Shown in pieces: positions 38,102 through 47,408 of a stretch of 64,000 nt of DNA (position 1 is the first letter of the stretch; every line of letters begins with the position of its first letter). Origin of the DNA: Candidatus Aenigmatarchaeota archaeon (GTDB taxonomy: Archaea > Aenigmatarchaeota > Aenigmatarchaeia > CG10238-14 > SCSR01); the NCBI GenBank assembly GCA_038998335.1, contig JAVZHQ010000001.1, positions 219,281 through 283,280 of the forward strand, read 5' to 3'. Made by a program: the position numbers and the translations under genes. The notes under the pieces are model-generated. The model was not told the origin of the DNA. It made no database searches and saw only the letters and a list, made by a program, of their open reading frames with translations.

Positions 38102-38686
38102 CTAATCTTTTAAGTAGTTCAAGTTAAGGAGGTATTCTCCTTTTTCCTTTATAAGATAGCCAAGCTTACTTAATGAAAACAAGCGTCTCAATATAGTAGA
38201 TTTCCTATAGGTTCCTTTTAACGGTGAAGGTATTTTTTGTATGAGTAATTCTGGTGTAATCTTTCCTTCTTCTGCAGCAACTTCCATTATCTTATACACT
38301 AGGTCGCAGTTAAAGTGTAAGGTGTGCGTTGGATACCTCTCAAGAAATTCTTTGAGTTTCTTTGAATGTTTAGCTACAAACTCATCCTTAGGTAGATCAA
38401 GCTTTTTTGAAATAATTTCGGCTGTATCATCAGGTATTGAGAGAAATTTATCGCAAGGAAGGTGTGGTTTGGTAATAAAAGGAAGGGAAGGAACAATGAA
38501 GCCTGCTTCAGTCAACTTCTTGCTCAAATATTTTAGCTCCTTTTCAGCTTCTCTTCTTTCCTTCTTTTTTTCTCTTAGCTGATTTTCTAGTGTATTTATT
38601 TCATTTTCAAGGATTTTATAAGCTTCTATTTTTTCTACAGCCTCGTCTATAAGCTTTTTGTATTCTTTCAATTTTTCAAGACTCAT
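38102..38686 (-). CDS. coiled-coil family A protein, paralog A1 (unknown function)
   Basis: N-terminal ~65 aa 'MSLEKLKEYKKLIDEAVEKIE...KKLTEAGF' shared with A2 and A3; C-terminus winged-helix-like. Confidence 0.4.
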   Translation of the reverse strand: MSLEKLKEYKKLIDEAVEKIEAYKILENEINTLENQLREKKKERREAEKELKYLSKKLTEAGFIVPSLPFITKPHLPCDKFLSIPDDTAEIISKKLDLPKDEFVAKHSKKLKEFLERYPTHTLHFNCDLVYKIMEVAAEEGKITPELLIQKIPSPLKGTYRKSTILRRLFSLSKLGYLIKEKGEYLLNLNYLKD

Positions 38687-38754
38687 AATATCTATGAAAT
38701 TAATCGAACAATTAAGGATTTAAATTTAATTTTTATAGAACTTTTAGGACTGTC

Positions 38755-41052
38755 ATGGCAGGGAAAAAAGAAAAATTCGAGAAATTAGTAGAGCTCTTGT
38801 TGGCAAACCCTAAAATCAAGTACCATGAAATACCTACAAACCTCCATTGGACTCTCCGAAAATCTTTTGGTGGAATTAACAACGCAAAAAGAGCTCTGAG
38901 GTTAGACGCTTACATCTCAAAAACTTATAGTTCAAAACTTCCAACCCCAGAGGAGGTAGATAAAAATTTTGCTGAACTAACAGAGAAGCTAGGAAGGCAT
39001 CCTACTTATGAGGAGTTTTACGAACATTTTCCTTCTTCCTATTACGTGATTAGAAAAGGCTTATATCCTAACGTTAAAAGTTGGAAAGAATACATTAGAA
39101 GTAAGGGTTACGAACCTTATGATAATAGAGGGGTGATTTCTGACGAGCAGATAATTGAGCTTATAGAAAGAGGATTGAGTGATGCTGAAATTGCAAGAAA
39201 ATTAGGAAGAATCACAAGAAAAGGTGTTGCCTACAGAAGAAAAAAATTAGGATACCCTCCTTTTTCAAGGAAAAAATTTACTGACGAACAATTGGAAGAG
39301 GCTATAAAGAAAAGTGGAAGTTATTCTGCAGCTGCAAGGCTTCTAGGAGTAAACTCTAGTAGTTTAGCTGAAAGAGCAAAGAAAAAAGGTATAGAATCGC
39401 CTTATATCAAAAGAGTTCATCCAATTAAAAAATTTTTAAAGGAACAAGGCCCTTCTTTAGGTTCTGAAATCATTGCTGCGGTTGGAAACTTTAACGTGGG
39501 AAGATGGGTCTTATACGAAGGTAAAGACGTATGCTCGTTTCGCATACCAGGATATAAAAGCAAATTATATTTTCTAAAAGGACAAGAAGAGGAAGCAAAA
39601 AAGAAGAAAATTTTTTATATAAACAAAAAAATTGAACCTCTTTTAGAGTTTATTAAAGCTAACCCAGACTGTACACGTACAAGAATAAGAAAAGAGGGGT
39701 TTGACAGTATTATTCGTTCATGCTTTGATGACTCTCTGGATAAGGCAAAGATAATTCAAAGGTGTATCCAGTTAGGCAGGAGGGATTTAGCCAATCAACT
39801 ATTACAACAAATTAAAAACTTAGACCTGAAAGATATGGAAACGTTAGTTTCTTTGTACCAAAATGAAGCGCAAAACCAAGAAGAGGATGTAAAAATTGAA
39901 TATATAGACGTTTTAAGAGAGCCTAGCACTGCAAGAATCTATACAGAATCTACAGAAACAGAAATTGGAGACATTTTACCAAAAAAGCATTTTAAAGGAA
40001 GAAGGGTTATAGTAAAAGGTTTGAAACAAGCTGAAATGCCTAAAGAAATACCAATTTTATTAAGACTGGAGAGAGCGAAGAATACAATAGATTCGTACTT
40101 TATTCATAAAAAAGAATTGGAAGGAAAGGAAGAATACCTAAGAGAAGGCTATAGAATAACAAGAGCTTATCAAAGTAGTTATAGATTATTACAAAACTTG
40201 TTGAATTTGGAAGAATTAGAAGGGAAAACAGTTTTAGACTTAGGATGCGGCTCAAATTCTCCTTTAATGCAAGTCTTAAAAGACAAAAAAATTAACGCCA
40301 ATGTTGTTGGGTTAGACAGCCACAAAAAATCTTTACAGATTTGTAAAGAAAAATTTTCTGAGAATGAATTTATTCAGGGTTTATATCCCTACACTCTTTT
40401 CAGCTTCAGAAGCAACAGTTTTGATTGGATTTTTGCGATAAATTGTTTGCATTACACAAATGAAAAATCTGAAATTTGTGCAACATTAATTGGTTTAGAT
40501 CAGTTACTGAAGAAAGGTGGAAGAATTGTAATAATCGAACCAAGGTCTCAATCTAAGATGAAATTCAATGCTGAATTGAAGAAAAACCTTAGTGAGATGG
40601 GTTATAATGTAGAAGAGTATAATAAATATATAAAGTGGCCAGGACCACAATACTCTCATCATCTAATTCTGGTAGGCGAAAAAATAAATGAGGTAGATAG
40701 GAGTCAGGAGTATAAAAAGGCTATTGCAGCAAGTTTGATTAAAACAAACAGGTTTGAGGAAGCTAAGAAGATTGTTGAAGATTTGGGATTAACGCTAAGT
40801 GACATAATTAAGGAGAAAGAGAAAGAAATGGTATGCATCAGAAAGCCAGAAATAAGAAAAGTTTACAAAGAACCTAAGAGAGTTTTCAGTTTTGAAGAAA
40901 ACCTTAAACTATATTCTCTGATAAAAATGGTTAAAACTACAAAGATATATTCGAGAGATTTAGCAGAAAAAATGTTTGATAAGATTTTCAATTATTATTT
41001 TCAAAAAACCGAAAAATTAAAAAAATTTCGTCCTTACGTTGGTTCAAGGTAA
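38755..41052 (+). CDS. HTH-repeat plus class I SAM-dependent methyltransferase protein, paralog B1 (unknown function)
   Basis: 765 aa; tandem HTH-like repeats ('LSDAEIARKLGRITRKGVAYRRKKLG', 'SGSYSAAARLLGVNSSSLAERAKKKG'); MTase motif I 'VLDLGCGSNSP', then 'VVGLDSH' and 'FDWIFAINCLHY'. Confidence 0.5.
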   Translation: MAGKKEKFEKLVELLLANPKIKYHEIPTNLHWTLRKSFGGINNAKRALRLDAYISKTYSSKLPTPEEVDKNFAELTEKLGRHPTYEEFYEHFPSSYYVIRKGLYPNVKSWKEYIRSKGYEPYDNRGVISDEQIIELIERGLSDAEIARKLGRITRKGVAYRRKKLGYPPFSRKKFTDEQLEEAIKKSGSYSAAARLLGVNSSSLAERAKKKGIESPYIKRVHPIKKFLKEQGPSLGSEIIAAVGNFNVGRWVLYEGKDVCSFRIPGYKSKLYFLKGQEEEAKKKKIFYINKKIEPLLEFIKANPDCTRTRIRKEGFDSIIRSCFDDSLDKAKIIQRCIQLGRRDLANQLLQQIKNLDLKDMETLVSLYQNEAQNQEEDVKIEYIDVLREPSTARIYTESTETEIGDILPKKHFKGRRVIVKGLKQAEMPKEIPILLRLERAKNTIDSYFIHKKELEGKEEYLREGYRITRAYQSSYRLLQNLLNLEELEGKTVLDLGCGSNSPLMQVLKDKKINANVVGLDSHKKSLQICKEKFSENEFIQGLYPYTLFSFRSNSFDWIFAINCLHYTNEKSEICATLIGLDQLLKKGGRIVIIEPRSQSKMKFNAELKKNLSEMGYNVEEYNKYIKWPGPQYSHHLILVGEKINEVDRSQEYKKAIAASLIKTNRFEEAKKIVEDLGLTLSDIIKEKEKEMVCIRKPEIRKVYKEPKRVFSFEENLKLYSLIKMVKTTKIYSRDLAEKMFDKIFNYYFQKTEKLKKFRPYVGSR

Positions 41053-41105
41053 AACTTTTTGGTAAAGCTTAAATTTTTTACTATTTTTAATAAGTTAAGA
41101 TAAAC

Positions 41106-41819
41106 ATGGCTCTCGAAAAATTAATAGAATACAAAAAAATGTTGGATCGAGCTATCGAACTTATCGAAACCTATCCTAAGCTTCAAGCAGAGGTGGAAAG
41201 TTTAAAAAAACAATTGAAAGAGAAAAAGAAAGCAAAGAAAGAAATAGAATTAGAACTTAAAGATTTGAACAAAAAGTTGGCAGAAGCAGGCTTTTCTGTT
41301 AAAATAGAAGAAATTATGAAGGAACCTGTTACACTTACACCTCCCAAAACAGTTGGAATACTTCAAACAATTACCAAAACAATTCTTGATTATAAAGCTG
41401 GAGAAATATTTCGTCGCAAAGACGTTTATGAAAAATTCCCACCAGAAATAAAAGAAAAATATCCTGACTACTTGAAAGTTGAAGGAAATATCGGAAAAAT
41501 ACTTAACAACTTAATCAAGAAAGGTGAGGTTATAAAAATTAGGTTTGGAACTTATAAAAGAGTTGGTAAGACAGAAGAAGTTGATAATCCAAGCCATTAT
41601 TCAGAACCTATAAATAAAGCATATAGTGTTATACTGACATATGAACCTGGTAAAAGGTTTACTTATAGAGATATCAGGGAAAAATTGTTACAGGATAGGG
41701 AGGTGCGTGAGTATAGAAAGGGTTTGTCTTTAAGAATAATTCAAGCACTTCAGTTAGCTGTTGATAGCGGAAAAGTTAGGAGAATTGGAAGAGACGTTTA
41801 CGAGAGGTTATCTAACTAA
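41106..41819 (+). CDS. coiled-coil family A protein, paralog A2 (unknown function)
   Basis: N-terminus 'MALEKLIEYKKMLDRAIELIE...KKLAEAGF' closely matches A1. Confidence 0.4.
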   Translation: MALEKLIEYKKMLDRAIELIETYPKLQAEVESLKKQLKEKKKAKKEIELELKDLNKKLAEAGFSVKIEEIMKEPVTLTPPKTVGILQTITKTILDYKAGEIFRRKDVYEKFPPEIKEKYPDYLKVEGNIGKILNNLIKKGEVIKIRFGTYKRVGKTEEVDNPSHYSEPINKAYSVILTYEPGKRFTYRDIREKLLQDREVREYRKGLSLRIIQALQLAVDSGKVRRIGRDVYERLSN

Positions 41820-41834
41820 TTGTTTAGAGTTAAA

Positions 41835-43715
41835 CTAATCTATTCGTAACCTAGGTAAGCTTTTTATATATTCTCTCAATTTTTGTTCATACTTTTCTTT
41901 TGCTTCTACATACTCCTTCTGTGCTTCCTCATAGATTTTTTGTGCTGAAAGACCTAAAAGTCTTGCCAGATTTCCTAAAGAGACAATTATTGTATCTGTA
42001 GGCCAACCTAAAAATCCATCTCTCCTTCTTATTTTCTCTTGTAAATCTAACATGATTTTGTGGGTTTTTTTCCATGAGATATAATGATTTGCAGCAAGAT
42101 TTTTTACTTCGTTCATAGAAATCATCCAAGGATATTTTCCTTCTTCTCTATATTCAAATAAGTCCATTATAAAATCTTTACATCTCTGATCTTCAGGATA
42201 TGTTTGAAGCCATTTTTTAAGTTTTGCTAGCAATTTCTTATGAGTTCTTACAAAAATTTTGGGTGGTTTGAACTTTGGTATTCTTATTTTCTTCTCAACA
42301 TCTATACCTTCTAATTCTTCTATTTTTTTGAAATAATCTTTTAAAGTATGGTTATAATTTTCCGCGATTTCATACGCACGAAGCAAATACATGGTTTTTT
42401 CCTCAGCATCACTTCTGTTTTTTGCAGCTTTAAGATAACTCATTCCAACCCCTTTTACATAAGAGTTAGTCTTATCAGTTTGAAGTGTTTTTTCAGCTAT
42501 TAACAGATAAAAATAGGAAGGTTTCAAACCAACCCAATCAACTTTTAGCCTTTTCTCATGAAGGTTGTAGCTTAGACTTTCTAAATATTGTTTGGTTTCT
42601 AAATGACTTACTTTTTGAGATCTTGGATGAACTATGAAAAATTTTCCCCCTTTTTTAAGGAGCTGGTGTAGACCAGCTAAAGTAGCATATTTCTCGATTC
42701 TGTTGTTAAAATGCATAGAACATACAGCAAAAATGTAATCAAATGCATTATCAACAAAAGGAAGGGTATAAGGAAAATTTGCTTGTAAGTAGTTTTGTTT
42801 AGGAAATGTTTCCTTACTAAGCTTGAGGAATTTTTGGCAATCGTCCAAACCAATTACTTCAGCTTTTATGCCCTTTTTCTCAATTACATCTATCAAGGGA
42901 GACTTACATCCACAACCCAAATCCAAGATTGTTTTTTCGTTCAATTCTTCCGGATTTATATAAGTCTCGAACAAATCAAGAAGAAGTTTATATTCTGACA
43001 TAATTGGCTTTGAATTTACTATAATTTCTGCTACTCTTATATCGATATTTTTTGCTTTATCATGAAATTCCAAACTATCTCTCACTTTTTTCATCCATCC
43101 AACTACTTTCATAATTTCTGCAGGACCTATAGAAACTTCACCAGCTTTTAGTGGTCTTAAAACATAAGATTTTGCCCTTCTTCTTCCAACTTCTCTCCAC
43201 GCTTCAACTTCTGCCTCCATGTCTTTTGTATAAGTGTAGTGTTTACGGAATATTCTATTAAAGCCTCTTTTTAACCTCTTTCTTTCATTTCTCTCAGGAA
43301 TTTTTTCGATAAGTTTATAGAAGTCAAAAATCATTTCGAGACCGTGAGCAGAAGGAAATCTAGGAATTTCTTGGTGTAAATAATTTGCTATTAAATCTCG
43401 AATTGGTTTAGCTATGTAGATAACAACCTCTTCTGGAACTTTTTCTGTTTTTGGAAATAGCACGTTTGTTATATCGTCAAGAGTAGAAAATTTTAAGTAT
43501 CGAAAAATAAGCTCAGAAATAAGAGTTTCTTGGTCTTCTTTCAGGTTTGACAAGTTAAGAACTTTCTTGCTATATCCCCTTACAATAGAAGGAAGATTAC
43601 TCCTTAAAACTGCATATATTTCTCTAACTTTTTCCTCGTCTCTGATTAAATGCTCTATCTCATCTTTATAGATTTTCATTATCGTTTTGGGAAGACTTTT
43701 CAATTCTTTTCGCAT
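41835..43715 (-). CDS. class I SAM-dependent methyltransferase protein, paralog B2 (unknown function)
   Basis: 626 aa; 'ILDLGCGCKSP', 'VIGLDD', 'FDYIFAVCSMHF', 'KKGGKFFIVHPRSQ' parallel B1 motif for motif. Confidence 0.5.
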   Translation of the reverse strand: MRKELKSLPKTIMKIYKDEIEHLIRDEEKVREIYAVLRSNLPSIVRGYSKKVLNLSNLKEDQETLISELIFRYLKFSTLDDITNVLFPKTEKVPEEVVIYIAKPIRDLIANYLHQEIPRFPSAHGLEMIFDFYKLIEKIPERNERKRLKRGFNRIFRKHYTYTKDMEAEVEAWREVGRRRAKSYVLRPLKAGEVSIGPAEIMKVVGWMKKVRDSLEFHDKAKNIDIRVAEIIVNSKPIMSEYKLLLDLFETYINPEELNEKTILDLGCGCKSPLIDVIEKKGIKAEVIGLDDCQKFLKLSKETFPKQNYLQANFPYTLPFVDNAFDYIFAVCSMHFNNRIEKYATLAGLHQLLKKGGKFFIVHPRSQKVSHLETKQYLESLSYNLHEKRLKVDWVGLKPSYFYLLIAEKTLQTDKTNSYVKGVGMSYLKAAKNRSDAEEKTMYLLRAYEIAENYNHTLKDYFKKIEELEGIDVEKKIRIPKFKPPKIFVRTHKKLLAKLKKWLQTYPEDQRCKDFIMDLFEYREEGKYPWMISMNEVKNLAANHYISWKKTHKIMLDLQEKIRRRDGFLGWPTDTIIVSLGNLARLLGLSAQKIYEEAQKEYVEAKEKYEQKLREYIKSLPRLRID

Positions 43716-43953
43716 GATCTCGAATAGTTATCGAATAATTAAAACTTTTAAGATTTACTGTAAAGAGAGCCTAAGATATCATTCAATTTTTTCAACGCAA
43801 AAACAAGGTTTCTATTTAAGGAAAACTTGGATAAAACTTCATCGTCACATTTTAACAAAAAATCAAGTAGTTGAGTTACGGGAATTTCGTACTTTCTTAA
43901 TATCTCAGTAATACTATATTTTTTAAGCTCTTCCTCTAAGTTTAGTTTAGGCT

Positions 43954-44769
43954 TTATGTTACTGGCAAAAAATAGCTCTCCCTAAATACATAAAATGTTT
44001 GAGAATCAGAAACTTCTGTTTGAATTTTACCCTCTTCTACTAAATCAACAAGTACTAAAAGACCACAACTTCTTAACATTTTTCTGCTCAACTTGTATGT
44101 TCGCGAAAAATCTAAAAGGCGTGATGCTAAATCCTTGTATTGGAATTTTTTGAGCTCTCTTGCATGAAATTCTATACTTTCTTTTAACTTTTTCATAAGT
44201 TCAATTTTTTTATCATCACTGAGCCATTCCGCTTTTTCCAAAAAGTCAGGAACATAAGGAAGCTTTTCACCTTTTGGAGAATAAATAGGATAATTATACA
44301 CATACTCTTTTCCTGGTTTTGGTGTTTTTAATTTTATGTAACGGATATGTCTCTTATCATACAATCCTTCACTAACAGCTTTTTCAAGAAAACTTGATAC
44401 TAGATTGCGTGTTTTGAGTGTATACGGTAAATTCAATTTTTTAATAATCGATTTTGGTGTGACACTTCTTCCTTCTCTTACTCTTTCTCCTGTTTTTGGG
44501 TCTAAACCCATTATTTCACTAGAAACTTCTATAACTCTTTCGTAAGTCAGTTCTTCTGGTTTAATGATTTTTGGTGCGATTTTTTCAAAAGTTATAGAAG
44601 GTAACGAAGAGACAGAAATAGAAAACCCAAACTTAAAAAGTTTCTTGTTTAACTCTTGGATTTCTTCCACGTTCTTTTCCAATTCTTTTTTGAGTTTTTC
44701 AAGTTTTTCAACTTTTTCTACAGCTTCAGAAATTAAGTCTCTTTGTTCCTTCAATTTTTCTATCGACAT
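43954..44769 (-). CDS. coiled-coil family A protein, paralog A3 (unknown function)
   Basis: Start moved to internal ATG 44769 ('MSIEKLKEQRDLISEAVEKVE...') which aligns with A1/A2; track N-terminal extension is hydrophobic and unsupported. Confidence 0.4.
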   Translation of the reverse strand: MSIEKLKEQRDLISEAVEKVEKLEKLKKELEKNVEEIQELNKKLFKFGFSISVSSLPSITFEKIAPKIIKPEELTYERVIEVSSEIMGLDPKTGERVREGRSVTPKSIIKKLNLPYTLKTRNLVSSFLEKAVSEGLYDKRHIRYIKLKTPKPGKEYVYNYPIYSPKGEKLPYVPDFLEKAEWLSDDKKIELMKKLKESIEFHARELKKFQYKDLASRLLDFSRTYKLSRKMLRSCGLLVLVDLVEEGKIQTEVSDSQTFYVFRESYFLPVT

Positions 44770-45015
44770 TTTTACCCATAATTTATTAAGCAGTAAAAAA
44801 TTTAAGATTATACCCACAAAAGTAACAAAGTTATAAGAAAAAAATTGTTTCCAAAAAAGAATACGAACAATGGTTAGGAAAACCTGGTGCAATGATAATC
44901 AAAGCACAAAAAGTTTTTGAAGCAAGCGGTGAGTAAAATTGCTTGGTAGAGGTAGTGTAACAATAAGAATCATGAAAAAGCATGTTACTAAATTGCTGGA
45001 ATAAGGGAATATAAA

Positions 45016-46092
45016 CTAAAATGGTCTTTGTTCCCTTCTCAAAGAAAACAAGCTAGCAAGATTCCCAACTTTTGTTAACAAATCATAATAAAATAGTTCT
45101 AAATCTTTTTCTGTAAGCTTCGCTCTTTGGTCTGCTTCTATAAGAACAGAAGGCATTCCATAGTTTGCATGTCCACTCAAAGCAAGCAAAACAGAAGAAA
45201 TAAAATTTGCAGTTTTTACACAATCTTTTTCTCCTAGAAAATCAACTCTAATTGGTCTATCAAACTCAGCAGTTTTTAGATAGAATGAAAATATTGAATT
45301 TGAAAATTCACCAAACTCTTTTAGAATAGGATGCTTTTCTGGTTCAGAAGAATAGTTGAAAACACAAGTTCTTTCGTTTAGTTTTAAAGCATAAGTTAAA
45401 AGATTGGAGTCTTTTGAGTTTTCAAGCAAAGGTTTAAACTCTATCAGTTCAGGATTAAGATTAGCTTTTTCCTTTATTATCTCACAAAATCTTGTTCCTC
45501 TTGAGTCCTCTATTACTCCAGCCAAAACGCAATTTTTTTCTCTAGCTTTTGAAAAGAGGTTTAAATAAGATTGAATCAAGTTTTCGTAAGTTGGAAAAAG
45601 TATCGAATCCTTTGCTGGTTTTTCTGTGTAATGAGGAATTATTGAACCATCTAGAAAAATTATGTCAGGTTTAAAATTTTCTATAACTTCAGAAGCTGTA
45701 GAAGTTTCAATTATTTGTCTTTCATAGTTTGAGTTCATCTCAAGCTCTATCTCATGTAAAGGTTCAAAAACTATTTTTGGGATAGGTGTTGGTAAAGCTT
45801 CAGGATAATATTCAACTTTTTCAAGCTTTCCTTTTGAGTAAAAGAATATAACTCCAATTGCTCTCAACAATATCAAATCCATGCCATGTAAAGAACGTTT
45901 TACTATTCCTCCATCTACACCAGCAATTTTTAAGCTTTCTAGGTTTGATTTTTCAACCTTAAAAATAGTTTTTTCCTCTATTCCAGAAGAAATAGAAATT
46001 TTTCTTAGAACTTCAGCAAGCCTTATTCTTTCTGATTCCATTTTTTCGATTTTCTTAGCAAGCTCTTCCGTTATCTTGAACAAATCTTCCAT
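45016..46092 (-). CDS. NurA-like nuclease domain protein (tentative)
   Basis: 358 aa; 'IAGVDGG' and 'IIFLDGSIIP' acidic motifs resemble the NurA RNase H-like fold; no HerA-like ATPase adjacent. Confidence 0.35.
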   Translation of the reverse strand: MEDLFKITEELAKKIEKMESERIRLAEVLRKISISSGIEEKTIFKVEKSNLESLKIAGVDGGIVKRSLHGMDLILLRAIGVIFFYSKGKLEKVEYYPEALPTPIPKIVFEPLHEIELEMNSNYERQIIETSTASEVIENFKPDIIFLDGSIIPHYTEKPAKDSILFPTYENLIQSYLNLFSKAREKNCVLAGVIEDSRGTRFCEIIKEKANLNPELIEFKPLLENSKDSNLLTYALKLNERTCVFNYSSEPEKHPILKEFGEFSNSIFSFYLKTAEFDRPIRVDFLGEKDCVKTANFISSVLLALSGHANYGMPSVLIEADQRAKLTEKDLELFYYDLLTKVGNLASLFSLRREQRPF

Positions 46093-46155
46093 CCATTTTT
46101 ATTTGGAATCAGAAGTAATAAAAAGTTTTTTAACTTACAAGAAGGAAAAAAGATT

Positions 46156-46908
46156 ATGGTAGATTTCAAAAAATTTAATACTTTCATTTTTGATTTAGAT
46201 GGAACTGTTTGGAACTGGGTAAGTTTGCTCCCAGGAGTAAAAGAAATTATTCAAAAATTAAAAAAAGAAGGAAAGCAAGTTCTTTTTGTCTCAAATAATA
46301 GTATGCTTTGTAGGAAGAAAATGGCAGAAAAACTGAGAAGCTTTGGGATAGAGCTTAAAGAAAATGATTTAATAACTTCAAGTTTTGTTGCTGCAAATTA
46401 CTTAAAAATTAAAGATGCTACTGCATTTCCTATAGGAGAAGGAGTAAAAGAAGAGTTGGAAGAAAATGGTGTAAAAATTGATGAAAATAAACCAGAATAT
46501 TTGGTTGTTGGCCAAGACTTAAGCTTTAACTATGAGAAACTGATGAAAGCTTACGAAATAGTAAAAAATGGAGCAAAGATATTAGCCACAGCAAGAGGAA
46601 AGGTTTATTTTGAAGGAGAAAAGTTGATGCCAGCTACAGGAGTTTGGGTTAGCGCTATAGAATACATAACAGATAAAAAAGCGAAGCTTATAGGCAAACC
46701 TTCTAACGAAATGTTAGAAACTATTCAGCTTTTTGTTTGTTCTCCAAGAAAAGAAACTGTTTTGATTGGTGATGAATGTGATTCAGATATAATGGCAGGA
46801 AAGATTCTTGGTTACTATACTGTTTTGGTTAAAACAGGAATAGATAAAGAGGCAAAGAAAGTTAAACCAGACTTGATAATAGATTCTTTAGAAGAAATAA
46901 AGATTTAA
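46156..46908 (+). CDS. HAD-superfamily hydrolase, subfamily IIA (NagD-like phosphatase)
   Basis: 'FIFDLDGTVW' motif I, 'VSNNS', 'LIGDECDSDIMAG' motif IV. Confidence 0.65.
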   Translation: MVDFKKFNTFIFDLDGTVWNWVSLLPGVKEIIQKLKKEGKQVLFVSNNSMLCRKKMAEKLRSFGIELKENDLITSSFVAANYLKIKDATAFPIGEGVKEELEENGVKIDENKPEYLVVGQDLSFNYEKLMKAYEIVKNGAKILATARGKVYFEGEKLMPATGVWVSAIEYITDKKAKLIGKPSNEMLETIQLFVCSPRKETVLIGDECDSDIMAGKILGYYTVLVKTGIDKEAKKVKPDLIIDSLEEIKI

Positions 46909-47375
46909 TCACTTACTTTTCTTAGATATTTTTTGTACCAGTTCTGAATCGAGGATTTAACGTTTATCTTTCTAACTAAAGCTTTAAGTTCGCTTAATCC
47001 TGCTCGGAAGTGCCACTTTCCTTTTTTTGTTATAGAATAAACTCTCCTTGGTTTTTCGGCTATAATCGTTTGAGATTCTACAAGACCTCTTTCTTCTAAG
47101 GACCAAAGAGTTGGATAAACTGTGCTTGCTCCTGGATTATAACCAAACTTTTCTCTTAAATTTTTCATAATCTTATAGCCATGAAGATTTCCGTAATGTT
47201 CCAAAAAATAAAGTATGAGCAAGTCTATACAGCTTCTAACCCATCTTTTTCTGTATTGCCTAGCAATATCTCCATAATTTTCAGTAGACAAAATTACTGG
47301 ATATTTTTGAGTTACTTGTGGAAAACTCATGAAAATTAAAGGAAAAGTAAACTTTTTATGTTTTTCTAAAACCAT
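46905..47375 (-). CDS. PadR-like winged-helix transcriptional regulator
   Basis: 'LHGYKIMKNLREKFGYNPGASTVYPTLWSLEERGLV' matches the PadR wHTH pattern. Confidence 0.5.
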   Translation of the reverse strand: MVLEKHKKFTFPLIFMSFPQVTQKYPVILSTENYGDIARQYRKRWVRSCIDLLILYFLEHYGNLHGYKIMKNLREKFGYNPGASTVYPTLWSLEERGLVESQTIIAEKPRRVYSITKKGKWHFRAGLSELKALVRKINVKSSIQNWYKKYLRKVSD

Positions 47376-47408
47376 TTAATTTTTAAGTTCAAAATAATAA
47401 ATCTATAG

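Noticed and set aside
38755-43715. B1/B2 methyltransferases as DNA methyltransferases of a restriction-modification system paired with the NurA-like nuclease
   Set aside because: Their motifs ('LDLGCG', 'VVGLD', 'FDWIFA...LHY') look like small-molecule/RNA/protein MTases; no DPPY/NPPY-type amino-MTase motif IV and no recognisable restriction endonuclease fold. Kept as unknown-function module.
43687-43911. 74-aa plus-strand ORF in the 238-bp spacer between A3 and B2
   Set aside because: Opposite strand to the surrounding operon, overlaps the B2 start, low-complexity translation; more likely non-coding promoter or spacer sequence.
43954-44892. 312-aa version of A3 starting at 44892
   Set aside because: The N-terminal 41 residues are hydrophobic and unlike A1/A2; the internal 'MSIEKLKEQ' start at 44769 aligns with the conserved N-termini of the paralogs.
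44893-45015. Box C/D sRNA in the spacer between A3 and the NurA-like gene (contains 'aatgataa' and 'gctgga')
   Set aside because: Only a degenerate C-like box; no CUGA D box at suitable spacing and no terminal stem; too weak to call.
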